From: Podarcis erhardii
Taxonomy: Eukaryota
DNA: 64,000 nucleotides
NCBI GenBank assembly: GCA_964252035.1
Contig: CAXUOO010000253.1
Reading direction: 5' to 3' (one strand)
Positions 48,767 to 61,474 of the stretch are shown piece by piece. The notes under the pieces are model-generated. The model was not told the origin of the DNA, ran no database searches, and saw nothing but the letters and a program-made list of their open reading frames with translations. The position numbers were made by a program, and so were the translations under genes. Position 1 is the first letter of the stretch, and every line of letters begins with the position of its first letter.

Positions 48767-49172
48767 TATGTGGTCATACGGCAGCTATATATACGTGTAT
48801 AGTATCCTTCTGCTTCATTACGCCTCTTCATCAAATCAAGATCGTCGGCGTTTAGCCCCGTACTAGCTTTCACGAGATTTCCTTCGTGCTGCTGCTGCTG
48901 CTACTGATGCGTCTATCCATTAGAAACGAAGTATCTGTACAAGCCTCATTTCAGATTCTATATATAATCGCATATGTATGGATATGTTATATCCAAACTT
49001 GGTAAAGGCGTACCTGCAGCAGCAGCAGCAGCAGCATTAGCTTCCGTACTGATCAGCAGATGAGGCTGTTATTGCCGACGATTAGAGAGAAGTAACGTGT
49101 CCAGTTCTTGGGGGAAACTCTTAATGAATTCAACGCTGCACTGCTGCCTGCAGCATTCATATTCATATATAA

Positions 49173-49207
<35 letters not shown>

Positions 49208-49599
49208 TTCCATGGGTGATATGTGTCCGTCCCCCTGTATGCGAATGGTAGTATACATGTAATTCACTGAATCGCTCTCTATGTATTAAAAGGTTATTAC
49301 AAGGCTATGTATTAAAAGGTTATTACAAGGCTGTCACATATGGATATTATACAAGAGTGATTTAGCGGGTTCAAGTGCAACTTGTACAGCTTGATGCAGA
49401 GTCTTTTTTTTTGTCGAATAGACTCTGTTCCGCGGTATAACAACTGCTGCAACAGTAGCGACCACCTGACATTCACTGCGGCTGTTTTCGTTGCTGCGGT
49501 TGCTGGTCCTGCTTCATATTGCAATGCAACAGTGTGTATGTATATATATAGCATAATACTGTTGTGTTCATGCGCTTACGTATATGTAGTCATTATTAG

Positions 49600-49645
<46 letters not shown>

Positions 49646-51677
49646 TGTAGACATTGTGTCATGACATCGTTGAATAAAGAAAAAGGTTAGACATGTAGAT
49701 ACGAGGGCAGCTATGTAAATATGTATGTAGAGCACTTTTTTCGAAAAACTGAATAAAACAGAGGGAAGCTAGATAATTGGCGAATTTGAAACAGAGGATG
49801 GGCAGAAATGTGGGACATCGTGAACTTTAAAAGGACCGCAGAGAAAGGTTGCACAATGCGTGTGCGACATATACGACTCTCTTTATATATATATATATAT
49901 ATATATATTTATGGTATAGAGAAGGTGAAGAAAACGAGAAAGCAATATATGTTATGATGTGCACATGCTTGTCTTGATAATCGTACGCGCTGTCGACTAC
50001 TTGACATCATATTATTTTTGCTGCTTGCATTCTCGCGCAACAGCTGCCAAGTTTGAAATCTACGACACGACACGACGAACAGCAGCAACCGCTGCGCCTC
50101 ATCTTTACACACCCAATGGTCATAGCTGGACTTTCCTACATTGTTACTTAGCTCTCTTGAATAAGGATACAAGTACGGCTGTCAGGTTGACCAGCTGTGA
50201 CGAAATTCTAATAATTACAGCAAAAGCGTTTCCGTCTGTCTTGCATGCTTTCACTAGCGTATGCGAATTTGTTTATGCTGCTGCTCTATATATATATAGC
50301 TTTACATACGCAAGCGAGAAAGCACAAAGTATGACTGTTACATAATCTAAAGTAACTGATTGGCCGTTACGGAAGTAACAGCACCATGTCAACGCTCGGA
50401 TTCTAAGACGCAACTAGGCTTCATATGTGAAAGCTGCAAATGTAAGCACAGTGGCATACACAGCAGCAGCGCAGCTTCTTTTGCGTTCAAAATAGAAGCA
50501 ACAGGAGCATATATAGCAGGTGTACTTTCAGTGCTGGCGGCAGTGCGCATATACATGACACTGTCATTCTTGCATTTGATAGACTGTAAACTATTTCTGC
50601 CTGACTGTCTATTTTTTGCATGCAACAGATCATATGAAAACGCTGTGTAAATCATAGAGCGTTTATACTTTTTCAAAAAGTATCGTATCGTAACGATACG
50701 ATATTCGATTACTTTTTTACAGCATCGATTTTTCATGATTATCTCGAAGTTCAGCAAGCAGGCGGGCCTTTGATTCATCGCAGTAAGAGCCAAATAAATA
50801 TCTTCTCAGCCTGTTACTGAAAAGTAGTACTGGATGCACTGCCTCAGATCAAAAGCCGTTAGTGGGCAAAAGTTTTAGCAACAGTATCATCAACGCGGCA
50901 GAGCGGCAGGCTTGCCAGCAGTGGCACATCAAACGAAATTAACCTCCTGTGTACCAGTCTGAGATTGCGTGTACCATCAAGCAGCATTATGGGTTTCAGT
51001 ACTGCGTGTTCGTACTTTCTTATAGTTCATAACTCCTTACTGAGCCACTGCGCAATACTATCGATATGAATGACGAGCACATATAAACTAAGTGCTAGCC
51101 TAGCTCGTATATATATAGTTTAGGTACATTTTGTATAGGTATGCATATCTTCGATCAATATGAAGCCATCGTGTACGCTGATATACGTGCCTATGTATTG
51201 GCGCGTAAATTAGTGCCTGAACAGCAATCATCCAGCAGAAGAAGCAGCAATTCTTTCCCGTCCACGCATGGATCCACATGTGCGCATCGTTAGCGCATTC
51301 AGCTCTCTGCTTCTGAGTGTACGTGCTGCCCTCTCATACTCAGTCACACACAAAGGTGGACTGACTAATAATTTTAGCACTGTCGACGAATCACGCGATT
51401 TACGGCTAAGTCTTATTTCTCACTCTCCATATTGGGCGGTTGAAAATTTAGCTGAGTTTCATGTATGTTTCACCATCTGGAACAGCAATGGTGTCTGCAC
51501 TTCTCATTTTCCACCGACTGAAATATCGGGAGCTCCACCAGCGCGGTGCTGCTGATGCTGTACGTCCTGCAGTGACTTGCTTAGGCTGCCAGAGCCCCTC
51601 GAGAATTCACGTAAACAACATACATATACACTAGTAGCGTGAAGAAAGTTGCAGTGTGATCGACGAGAACAGCACCA

Positions 51678-52462
51678 CTATCGTTCCTTGTAGAACCCAG
51701 TTTCAAGTTCACTGGGTGCGTAGATGTATTCGTCAGTACAACCAGTCCTGATTTGCAGCATGCCAGCCTTTCCTTCTTTCTTCTTTCCGTGTGGCTTGGG
51801 GGACTGGCCTAAACGATCCAGCGCGACTGGTTCTGCGCCTCTTTCACCTGAAGTTCTCACGGCAGTCAACTGGAGTGAAGCGGACTGCTGTGTAGTAGCC
51901 CTAATTTGTTCACGCAACGCCTGCACACCAACCACCGAGCCTTTGGGCCTGTACATCCACTTCAAGAGAACTCCATACAAGTCCCTTAGTTTCTCCATTT
52001 CGAAAGGCTCGTAAGGCCACTGCGGATGATCCTGCTCGAGCACTGAGGGAAAGTGAGGCTGCGGCACTTGCAGCGCCTGCTCACCCATGGCTTCTGCTGC
52101 TTTCGCTGCTGCTTTCACTGCTGCTGCCCCCGCCCCTTTCACAGCAATTTCGCTGCTGCTCAAGTCGCTGGCACTTTCGCCTGTTTGTTCGAGTTGCTTC
52201 AGCAGGAGTTGAGCCACCAACCAGCGAACTTCAGCATCGCGTTCAAGCAGGGCATTCACTGCTGGTTCTTGCAGCACTGACAGAGGCGGTGCAGCCACGG
52301 CAGCCTCTACTCGAGCAGCTGCAGCCTCTGAAGACTGGGCCCTGAAATTTTCTCCTTCGAAGCGCAGGCCCTGATCCACGATATAAGTGGCCCACGCCTT
52401 CAACAAAACCGCGAAAAACGCCGGCTTCCCCAAAACCCGGGCCTCCATTGTCTTGAACAGTC
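51678..52462 (-). CDS. Terminal exon of the hypothetical minus-strand gene (260 aa, globular-looking)
   Basis: GC-rich, balanced codon usage; peptides such as DHPQWPYEPFEMEKLRDLYGVLLKWMYRPKG; stop at 51678-51680. Confidence 0.8.
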
Positions 52463-55012
52463 CTGCAGCGAAGAATCAGCAGAAAGACAAAAAACACGCG
52501 TTTTAAACAAGTCAATAGAATCATCTGCGAAAAAAAACGAGACCTCTACAGACAACTCTTACGCAAGTGTCGCGACAACTCATCATATATATGTGTAAAT
52601 TGACAGTTGAACTTAGCTCTCGCAGCTTCATAACTACCACGTATGCACAAATACACTGAAAACTTCAGTACACAAGGGGCACTCACTAAGCAAAATCGCA
52701 CACTCCTCACACAGAGGTGTGGAAGAAGCAGCAACGAAGAAAGTCAAAAGTCTTGTTTTCGTTCAGTCCGGCCATTAGCAGAGTCCCAACTGTGTAGGGC
52801 AGAAGCGTCCGTACGTACACACAAGAAAACTTTCGCCAGACAGTCACAGAGACATTGCACAAGAACTTTTTTCTACTACTTGAGACGCGTACTGCATGCA
52901 AACCAACACCAGTCGACGCATGCAGGAACTGCCAGTTGCAGCGCGTCAAGAAAAAAAGCCACCAGAGCGACTGCAACTCAACGAAAAAAGCAGCAGGCAT
53001 TAGCAGCAGCAACTGATCCATCAGCAGTCGGACTGCACAACAGCCACAAGGTGAGGCAATCAGCAGCAGTACCGAGATGATAATAACAGTGATGAATACT
53101 ATACAAAAGAAGCTGTCTCTCAATGCAAGCGCTCCTTGACAAGAAGCAGCTGCAGCGGCAGCGTTTCAGTTCACAGCACGACTTCGTTATTAGTACGCCG
53201 GTTGTGTAAGCAAGAGTGTGATATTCTTACGACTGAAAATGCAGCTGCTCAAGTGAAGATTCGTTACTACAACAGAGATTACGCGGGACTCCAGAAGCAG
53301 CAGAAACAGTGAAGGGCAGTCTCCACAAGAGCAAGAGCACCCATGAGAAGACAATTGCAGCACACACTGTGAATACGAGCGCACACATTCACACAGCAAT
53401 TGCCACAGCCACAGACAGCAGAGGAAACAAGAAAAGGCAGGAATCTACCGAATCGGCGGAGCAGGACATTCTGCAAGTGTATGCGCGTGACATTGATGAC
53501 CATATCGCGGTGTGCTGCAGACGCAAACTTGCTCGAAGATCTCTTAGCAGAAGCAACATCGTCTCCAGAAAATGCCTCTGCAGTAGTCGCCGCGTTTGCA
53601 GGTCTGTGTAAAGAGTCTGCAGCGCTGTCAACAGCACGAGCAGAACTGCAAAACCAAGCCATCTGCTGTTTTGAGGCTGCTGCTGCATAAGCATAAACAT
53701 TAGCGTAAGCATAAGCAGTGCCTGCACAGGCAGCGACATGAGCAAAAGAATGAAAGTCAACAGCACCAGCAAGTACATTATTGCTCGAGTCGTTATCGGC
53801 ACTACACTGAAGAGATGTTTTGGGATGCAAGAAGTCCGGCACCAGCAGCAGCAGCTGTTGAGGTGTTTCGCATGCACTCCTGCTGATCTCTCTTCTACTA
53901 CTGCTCCTGCATCTGATCTCTCTGTTGCTGCTGTTGTTGATGTCTCTAGTGCCTCTGCTAGACTTGTCACCACTGCTGTTGCCGCCATCGTTGCTGCTGG
54001 TGCAGCAGTCGGTGTATGTGTGCGTATTGCCGGTGCTGAAAATGTCACCTCTTTTATTGTCATCGCTCCTGCAGTAGTAGTTGAAAGGCAGCAATGAAGC
54101 GACGGCACTACGAGTGACAGCAACACCACGTAAAAAAACATGTAGAGACCGTGAAGTGATGCTGCTGTGTTGCCATATGTTCGTGTTCAAGGCGCGACTC
54201 AATCTTCTGCTGCAAAAACTCCTGCTGCAGTTCCTGTTCGAGCATACACAGTAGTTGCTTGTGCTGCTTTTCAAGGTGCTGCTATTGCTGTCGTGGTGGC
54301 TTTTACGTGTGTGACGCTGCAACTGTGGAGAGGCTTCCGCTAGCTGCTTCGCCGTTGAGCTGTTGTTGCTGGGGCTGTAACTACACCTCACATTGTCGTT
54401 ATCAGTGTTCCAGCTGCTGTCCACAGTCGTTGTTCTGTTTGACCTGCTATTCTTGCCAATGTTGCAGCATCTGCTTTGATATGTGTGAAGAAATCGACGC
54501 TTTGACAGCAGCGTTGATCTGCTTGAGCCACCAGTGTCGATTGAACTGTTCTCAAGTTTACCAGCTACAACATTGCTGGTTTTTCTGTTGAAGCAAAAGG
54601 CCTTATTCCAGTAAAAATGAATGCAGGGGCAGCATAAAATGTTGTAGTAATTGTTTGTGCTGTAGTTAATGTTATCACGGCAGTTTCTAGTGCTGCGTCC
54701 GTAGTAGTAGCCGTTCCTCCAAGTGCAGCAAAACCCATGGCTGCTACTGCAGCGATATTTGCTATTGATGCTATTTAGGTGGCTCCTACTATTGTCGTTC
54801 AGGTGACGACTGCATTGCGTATCAATGCTGCTCAAGTGTCTGCAGTAAAGATACGCGGGTGGCAGCTTGCTCAAATAACTGCATGCACGCAAAACTAGTT
54901 TGCAGCGTGTTGTTGCTGTTGCCGCTGTCTCAAACAACTCCAAACCCGCTGCACCCGCTGCACTCTCGACCACACCTTTCATAGCAGATTTGCAACTAAT
55001 AAATACACCCAT
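51678..55012 (-). CDS. Hypothetical protein, two exons (about 55012-53449 and 52462-51678), about 780 aa; 5' end uncertain
   Basis: A 584-codon stop-free minus frame has donor TTC-G|GTAGAT at 53448. The acceptor has a long pyrimidine tract (TTTTTTGTCTTTCTGCTGATTCTTCGCTGCAG|) at 52463 in matching phase 1. The join reads ..RIHLQNVLLRRF-G-LFKTMEARVLGKPAFFAVLLKAWATY... No family recognised. Confidence 0.65.
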
Positions 55013-57308
55013 AAATATGACATATATAAGCACGCAAGTGATATGGAGAAGGCAGCTCTCTGAAAAGGCTGCCGCACAAGCAAAATAGCAGCCTCAATCA
55101 GTCGAAACCACCCGCTGAAAGAAAAGCCACACCAGTGAGGGACAGCAAAACAACATCAGTGTCAACTGCAGTGCAGAAGAGGCAGTTTCAGCAACAGCAA
55201 CAGCAGCAGCAGCAGACATACTATAATGAGACTCAGACAGAAGTTGACATAGCAACAGCAGAAACTTCTGTGGCTGCAATACGCAGTAACAGCAGCGCAG
55301 AAAGCCGTTAAAATTACGACAAATGGAGAGGAACAGACATGTGCAGAGACTGGAAAGAAAAAAAGTAGATTTTTCTAGCTTTTGTCATTGTATCCAGTGG
55401 CCATTTTGATGCTGCTGCTACATTGGCTTCTCTTCTGTTGCTGCTTTTGCAGCTGCTGGTATTCCCCCCGCGTTGCTTCTTTTTTGTTACCGCTGTTGCT
55501 CTCGCTGCTGTCCTCTGCAGGCTGCTGCTACAGTGATCTCCAGCAAAGCATAAACACTCCGCAAAAAAAACTTTTTTGTCCGCAAAAAATAACTTCTTTT
55601 GTCAATGAAATGTCGCAGTGAAAGAACGTTGCGACCTCTTCCAAGCGCGTGAACAGCAGCAACAAACACACCAGTATCGACAGCAGAAACACGAGAGTTT
55701 TCTTCGACGCAGAAGAAAAGACAGTTTTATTTGCAGAAGAGGAGCAAAGATGGATTTCTTCTCTTATATGGAAAAATGTTCGACCGGGAATACTGTATTC
55801 AGATCGTAAAAACATCTTGCAAACTGGTGTTTCTCCACAAGCGGTGCACACATCCTTTCGTATCGAACCAATATTTGGTTGCTGCAGCTTGTGCTGCGTG
55901 CATATGGTGCTGTTTTTTCTGTCACACAAAGTGAATCACTACAGTTACAGAAAATACCTGAAGAGCCGCGCTTGCCGTCGTTTCCGATACCGGCTGTTCA
56001 ACAGCAGCCGCAGCCGAAGGACAGCTACATCAAGAACTAATGTGTCTACCTTTTACAGAACAGGCAGCAGCAATAGCATTGCGCTAGCAAACAACGGGCT
56101 GGTAACAGAAACGTTGTTGAGCAGTAACAAAAACAACATCATCGACACATATAAGTAAGCAGCATCAGAATGGATATCGCAACGGCTGCTATTTTAGGGC
56201 TGTAAGCAGTAGTTTTAGTAGCTGTCACGGAGCGTCGCTGCTCAACATGCTCAAACAGCTGCAGCAGGACAAACGGTGCAAGCTGCAACAGCAGAGCAGA
56301 CTCTATATCGCCCCCCTCCTGGCAAAGGGGGCTGTGTGCATGTAAAGGGATACAAGACAGGAAAAAGGCAGCGGAAATGGTCTTTTTATGAGTGAAGTTG
56401 CGCTGCCAGAATTTTCACATATTCCTTTTTGTGTTCTTCTCTCTGGTATAGAGATGTCCACTGGGTCTCATTCCTCTGTGGTACGCGTATTCTTTGCCAA
56501 ATATTTGACTTTCCAGCCGACGGGGGGTATGCAACCTCAGTTCACTCCGCAACCAGGGTTGAAAAGAAGTCTCTTTAAAGACGTTTTCTTCTCTTTATTT
56601 TTCCTATATTTTCTGTCTCTTTTCTCTTCGCGCACCGCTATTAAGAGAGCGCATGCTCACAACGTGGCGGTGTTGTTGTTGTTGGTGCGCTTCTGGCTCG
56701 TGGTGTTGCTAAATTGTCTGTCAGGAGTGTGTTGCTGCTGCTGTCGTGCCAGTGAACCGGTGCTTCTTTGTCTGCCATGCTGCTGCCTGTGTCTTCGTAT
56801 TCTTTTTCGAGGTTAGTGCGTCACGGCCACGCACTTCTTCCGCTTTTTCCTCTAGCCTGTCCTGTTTGGTAATATTCGCTGCTCTGATCATCAAAGAATC
56901 TCGCTCGCTATACATAGGTACGTGTGTACGCTGCAGTGTACATACACTCTCGTATGTGCGATTGTCGAGCTGCTTACCGCAAAAAGAACGAAATTGTCGA
57001 TTCCCTTTGCTTCCGTGTGTCCCAACAGAAGCAAACAACTTCTGCGTCTACGAGTACACGTCTACAAAAAAACACACAGCGTCCCTCTGCTTTGGTGGCC
57101 GCACAGATGTATATTGTATATGTATAAATAGATGTGCACGTATATTTTTATCCCTTTTTCAGAGCGTGTGGCGCTATTCTTTTTTTGTGAGAGGCTATCT
57201 TTCAGCTGCTGCTTCTCTTCTGTAATTGCTGCTAATGCCATAACGCCTCCTCTCGTCGAGCCACGCGCCTACAACGCGCCGCAGGCTTGAATAAGAGCAC
57301 ACAGAACG

Positions 57309-58660
57309 ATGCAGCAGCAAGTAGGAAGCGCACCCACTATTAGCAGCGGCAGCAGTAATAGTAGCACTGGCTATACAGGAGGCAGCAGCAGTGCACTTGG
57401 CAGCAGCTTGGTTTTGAGTGCCTCTTTGTCTTCGTGTACAAGCACACCGTTGCGCGATGTGAAGTCTTCTTCAACGCAGCTGCAGCAGCTGCAGCAAACA
57501 CAGTTGCCACAGCAGCAGTCACGTCTGTTTGCTGGAAATACTGGTGGAGCTCTATCACGCTTTTCTACGTACTCACCTGCTGGTGCTGCTTTCACAGTAA
57601 ATAAGTCACTTTCTCCACTGCTGCAACGCGTTGCTACTGCTACTCCAGCTGCTGCAGGCTATACTGAAGAGAATTCGACTTGTTCAGCTGCAGCAGCGCT
57701 GCCTACACCAGCAGGAGTCGCTGGCACTGCAGGATTGCCTGGAAGTGGACTCAGTTTTTTTTCCTCTATGGCCGCGACTGCCTCAGCCAATAGCCGTTCT
57801 TTTGCTGGCATTCATAACAGCAGTGCAGCGAGTCCTGCTGGTGGAAACAACGCTGCTGCTTTAGGCGGAGGGTTGTTGCTGCCTGCTTCTCGTCTTTCTT
57901 TAGAAGAAATCAAACGCGAGTTTGCCAAACACAAACTAGAATGTCCAGAAAGCATGTGGAAAGAACCACAAACGGAACAGGTATCTCAAAACAGCTGTCT
58001 ACGATTTCATACATGTGCGTACATATATGTGTCTAATTGTACGGAGAAACTCTTGTCTATGTTTGGATTAGAGAGCGGTCCATAAATAGCGTATTCATGT
58101 ACTTCTCTTCTGCCCCCGGGATCTTACGTGTGTATAGCGTTTGTCAGACGTACGTATACTTCACCGTCATCTACGAGTCAAAATATGCTCGAACAACTAC
58201 ACTACGTAAGTATGTTTGCTATGTCGGTGCATTGTCTGAAAGCCGAGAATAACCTGTTTACGGGCACGTCACAACATACGTATATCAATTACATATGAAT
58301 ACGGATATGGTAGATATAATTATATAAATGTATTATAACGATATTTGAGTGAGCGTGGCGTGTGACTTCAAACAAGATAAAATATCTATATATACACATA
58401 TAGGAAGGTACGCGGCGAAGTGCATGCGCAAAAGGAGTAAACAAATTCGTGGCTGTTTTCATTTACAGCTATGTATGCAGATCTGCACTTTTTAGAATTT
58501 CAGTTCTTCTGCATCTCTTTCTCAAACATTTATTGTCAAAGCCATACTTACTTCACTTAGAACTACCGCACGTAAAGGAAGAACTATACCAGCTACGATG
58601 CAAAGACATGCGTTGGTACGTACGTAGACTTTAACTATACATATATATATATATATACAT

Positions 58661-58691
<31 letters not shown>

Positions 58692-59252
58692 CATTTGGCT
58701 GTTTGTGAATCTTCTATTGTATATATGTATGCACGATCAGCTGAGATTTGAAGTATCCGTACACTGCTGAACACTTTGAAGGAGACGGATCTAGAGGCAA
58801 ACACACAGAAAAAACTCAGATATAACGAGTTAGAGATCATTAAAAGAATGTGTGCCTATCAATGTGTATATCTTTTACTTTCCAGATGCACATACACCTC
58901 TAAACTGTTCTTGAACAAATCTCGTTTCTAGATTCTTTCTTATTTTCCGACTTGTCCAATTCGATGCACAATAAAGGAAGCATGCTTTCTTTGCTGAGAA
59001 GTTTTTGTGCACTTCATAAATATGTTTATACGTATAGGTGCACTTGCGTACACACGTAAAAAAAAAAATACATGATGCGTTGTCTTCACATATATATATG
59101 TATATATAAATTTCCGATAACAGCTAGAGATGTTTTTATTGAAGCGTGGTCTACGTCACAGAAATTATTGCTAACCTACCGTTTTGCTTGACCGTATCTC
59201 ACGCGCTCTAGAGGCTCATCCACGCTTTCTTCTTCAGCATCGTATGTATACG

Positions 59253-59283
<31 letters not shown>

Positions 59284-60229
59284 GTTTTGCCGCGTAGATT
59301 TCCTATCTATATGCATGTTTTCACTGCTTAAGAGTCTGTAAAGGAGTAGAAACGAATCATGATGCTCATTTTTTTCCTAGTTCAGATCGTTTGTATGAAG
59401 GTCTATTCTGTTCTGGGCAGTGAAGTCTTTTCACCTCTTTCAGTTCAGTCTCCAATCCTTCCCCTCTCAAACTTCTTGTCCTGACGAAACATGTCCAACA
59501 CATCACTGTCCTGACTCCTGCATGTATATATATACATATATATATATATATACATATATATATATGTAGGTGTGACGTTCGTTCTGTATATGTGTTGCCA
59601 GTATGATTTTACGTGTTAAAAGTGTCCAATCGCCGTGTAGACCGATATGTGCGCCTTTTTTCTATGTGTGAAGTTCACGTACACCTCTATAGAGGAGAAT
59701 GTGTCTCTGAAGCACTCAAGTCTATACGAGACTTGCAAATATTTTGTTCGCAGGTTCAAGGCTTATATTCGTTCGGCATTGAAAGTATTTTCATTTGACA
59801 GTACATGACGTTCGCATGGAAGAAGCGAGTGGCGGCGATGTCCGCAGCTTCTTGCCTTCTCTTGAAAGGTAAACTTCTCTTTTTTGCTGTAACTTATTCT
59901 ATCGTCTACTTCACTGGCTGGCGCCTTGCCGATTGTCCTTCTCCTTTTTTCGCTGTCTATATTTGCCGCATTAGTTACTGATTTGCTGCTAGTTCCTCTC
60001 TCTCTTTCTATGTGCATGCATATATATATATATATATATATATATTCGTTGTGGCTCTGCAGCTGAATCGTCTGCTGCTTGCCTCCTTGCTGGCGTTTTT
60101 CTGCCGAGCTACTACTGGTGCTGCCATGCCTGTTTGCATGCAGTGTCCTAGTCTGCTTCTTGGAAGTTGTTTTGTGTTGTTACTCTCTTTCCCTTTCCAT
60201 TCCTTTTCTGATAAAAATGTATATACACG

Positions 60230-60261
<32 letters not shown>

Positions 60262-61415
60262 TTTTATGTATGTACACATATATATGTATGGCTTCGCTGC
60301 TCCACTTTCTCTTGCTTCTGCTGCTTTCCTCCTCGATGTGGGGCTGCTGCATGCAAACTCTGCTTAGACTGCGACTCGCTTCCTTGCTAGAGCTGGCTTT
60401 CTGCGGTCGAATAACTGTTGTTTCTGTGCGTGAAAAATAGCTGCTGATTTTACGCTCAAATAGCTGTATGTGCTCCCGTATATATGCACCTGCTGCTGCT
60501 GCAATGCATAGTCCTGCTGCTCTACATATATACATATATATATATATGTATGTATGTGTCCTGATGCTATATTTACATGCGTGCTTTTCCTGCGATCTCT
60601 ATAAAGTGCTGCTGTTGCTGTGTATATATAGCTACTGCTGCTGCGCTCTGTTTCTGCTGGGATATATATATATATATGTATATATATATATGTATATAGC
60701 GGCTACTGCTGCTGCATTCGTAGTGCTATTTATTTTGAGGTTATTGCTTCTGCTGATATCGTGATGCTTTGTGTTTAGTTTGCAGTTGCTGGCAGCAGAT
60801 GGTCGTTTGCATGCAAAAGCCATTGGCAACTTGCGCTTTTTTCGCCTTTGTCAGCGCCTCAACAGGTACATATACTTTTTTGTATTTAACTGTAATTACA
60901 GGTCACACAGATAATTCCTCACGGACTTACTACACATTTATACGGATGAGCACTTGTCTACGATACACTCATTTAGCTACGAAGATAAAGCTATATACAT
61001 AAACACGTTTATGCATATTGTGTCTGAGTGTACTTTTGTCTAGCTACATGTATCAAATTACTCTACCATAGAGCTGCTTTGAACTTATTCTGCAGGTCAG
61101 TCAGTACTTTGAAGAGACAGCAGATTCGTCAGAACGACATCCCAAACATATATATATCCTCACATACATTGCTTGATATATATATAGTAACTTCCTTACG
61201 ATTTTTGGGGAATCTAACCCGTGTACGTACACTTTACAAAGCGAAATTCACTTCAAAGACAACCTAGCAACTAAGATTCCTTTCTGCTGCTGCTTTCGTG
61301 CTGTTGTCTACGAAGCCGAAACAGCATTTGATATATATGTGTACATTCACATATATGTATGTATAGACCCTATTATTCAGAGTTCTACAAAACCTTCTCT
61401 TACGTAGACAAAGCT

Positions 61416-61474
<59 letters not shown>

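Noticed and set aside
61096-61127. Candidate small exon VSQYFEETAD of the Nup62-like gene
   Set aside because: It has a plausible acceptor, but the donor and phase fit only one of two alternative downstream acceptors. Not supportable without cDNA.
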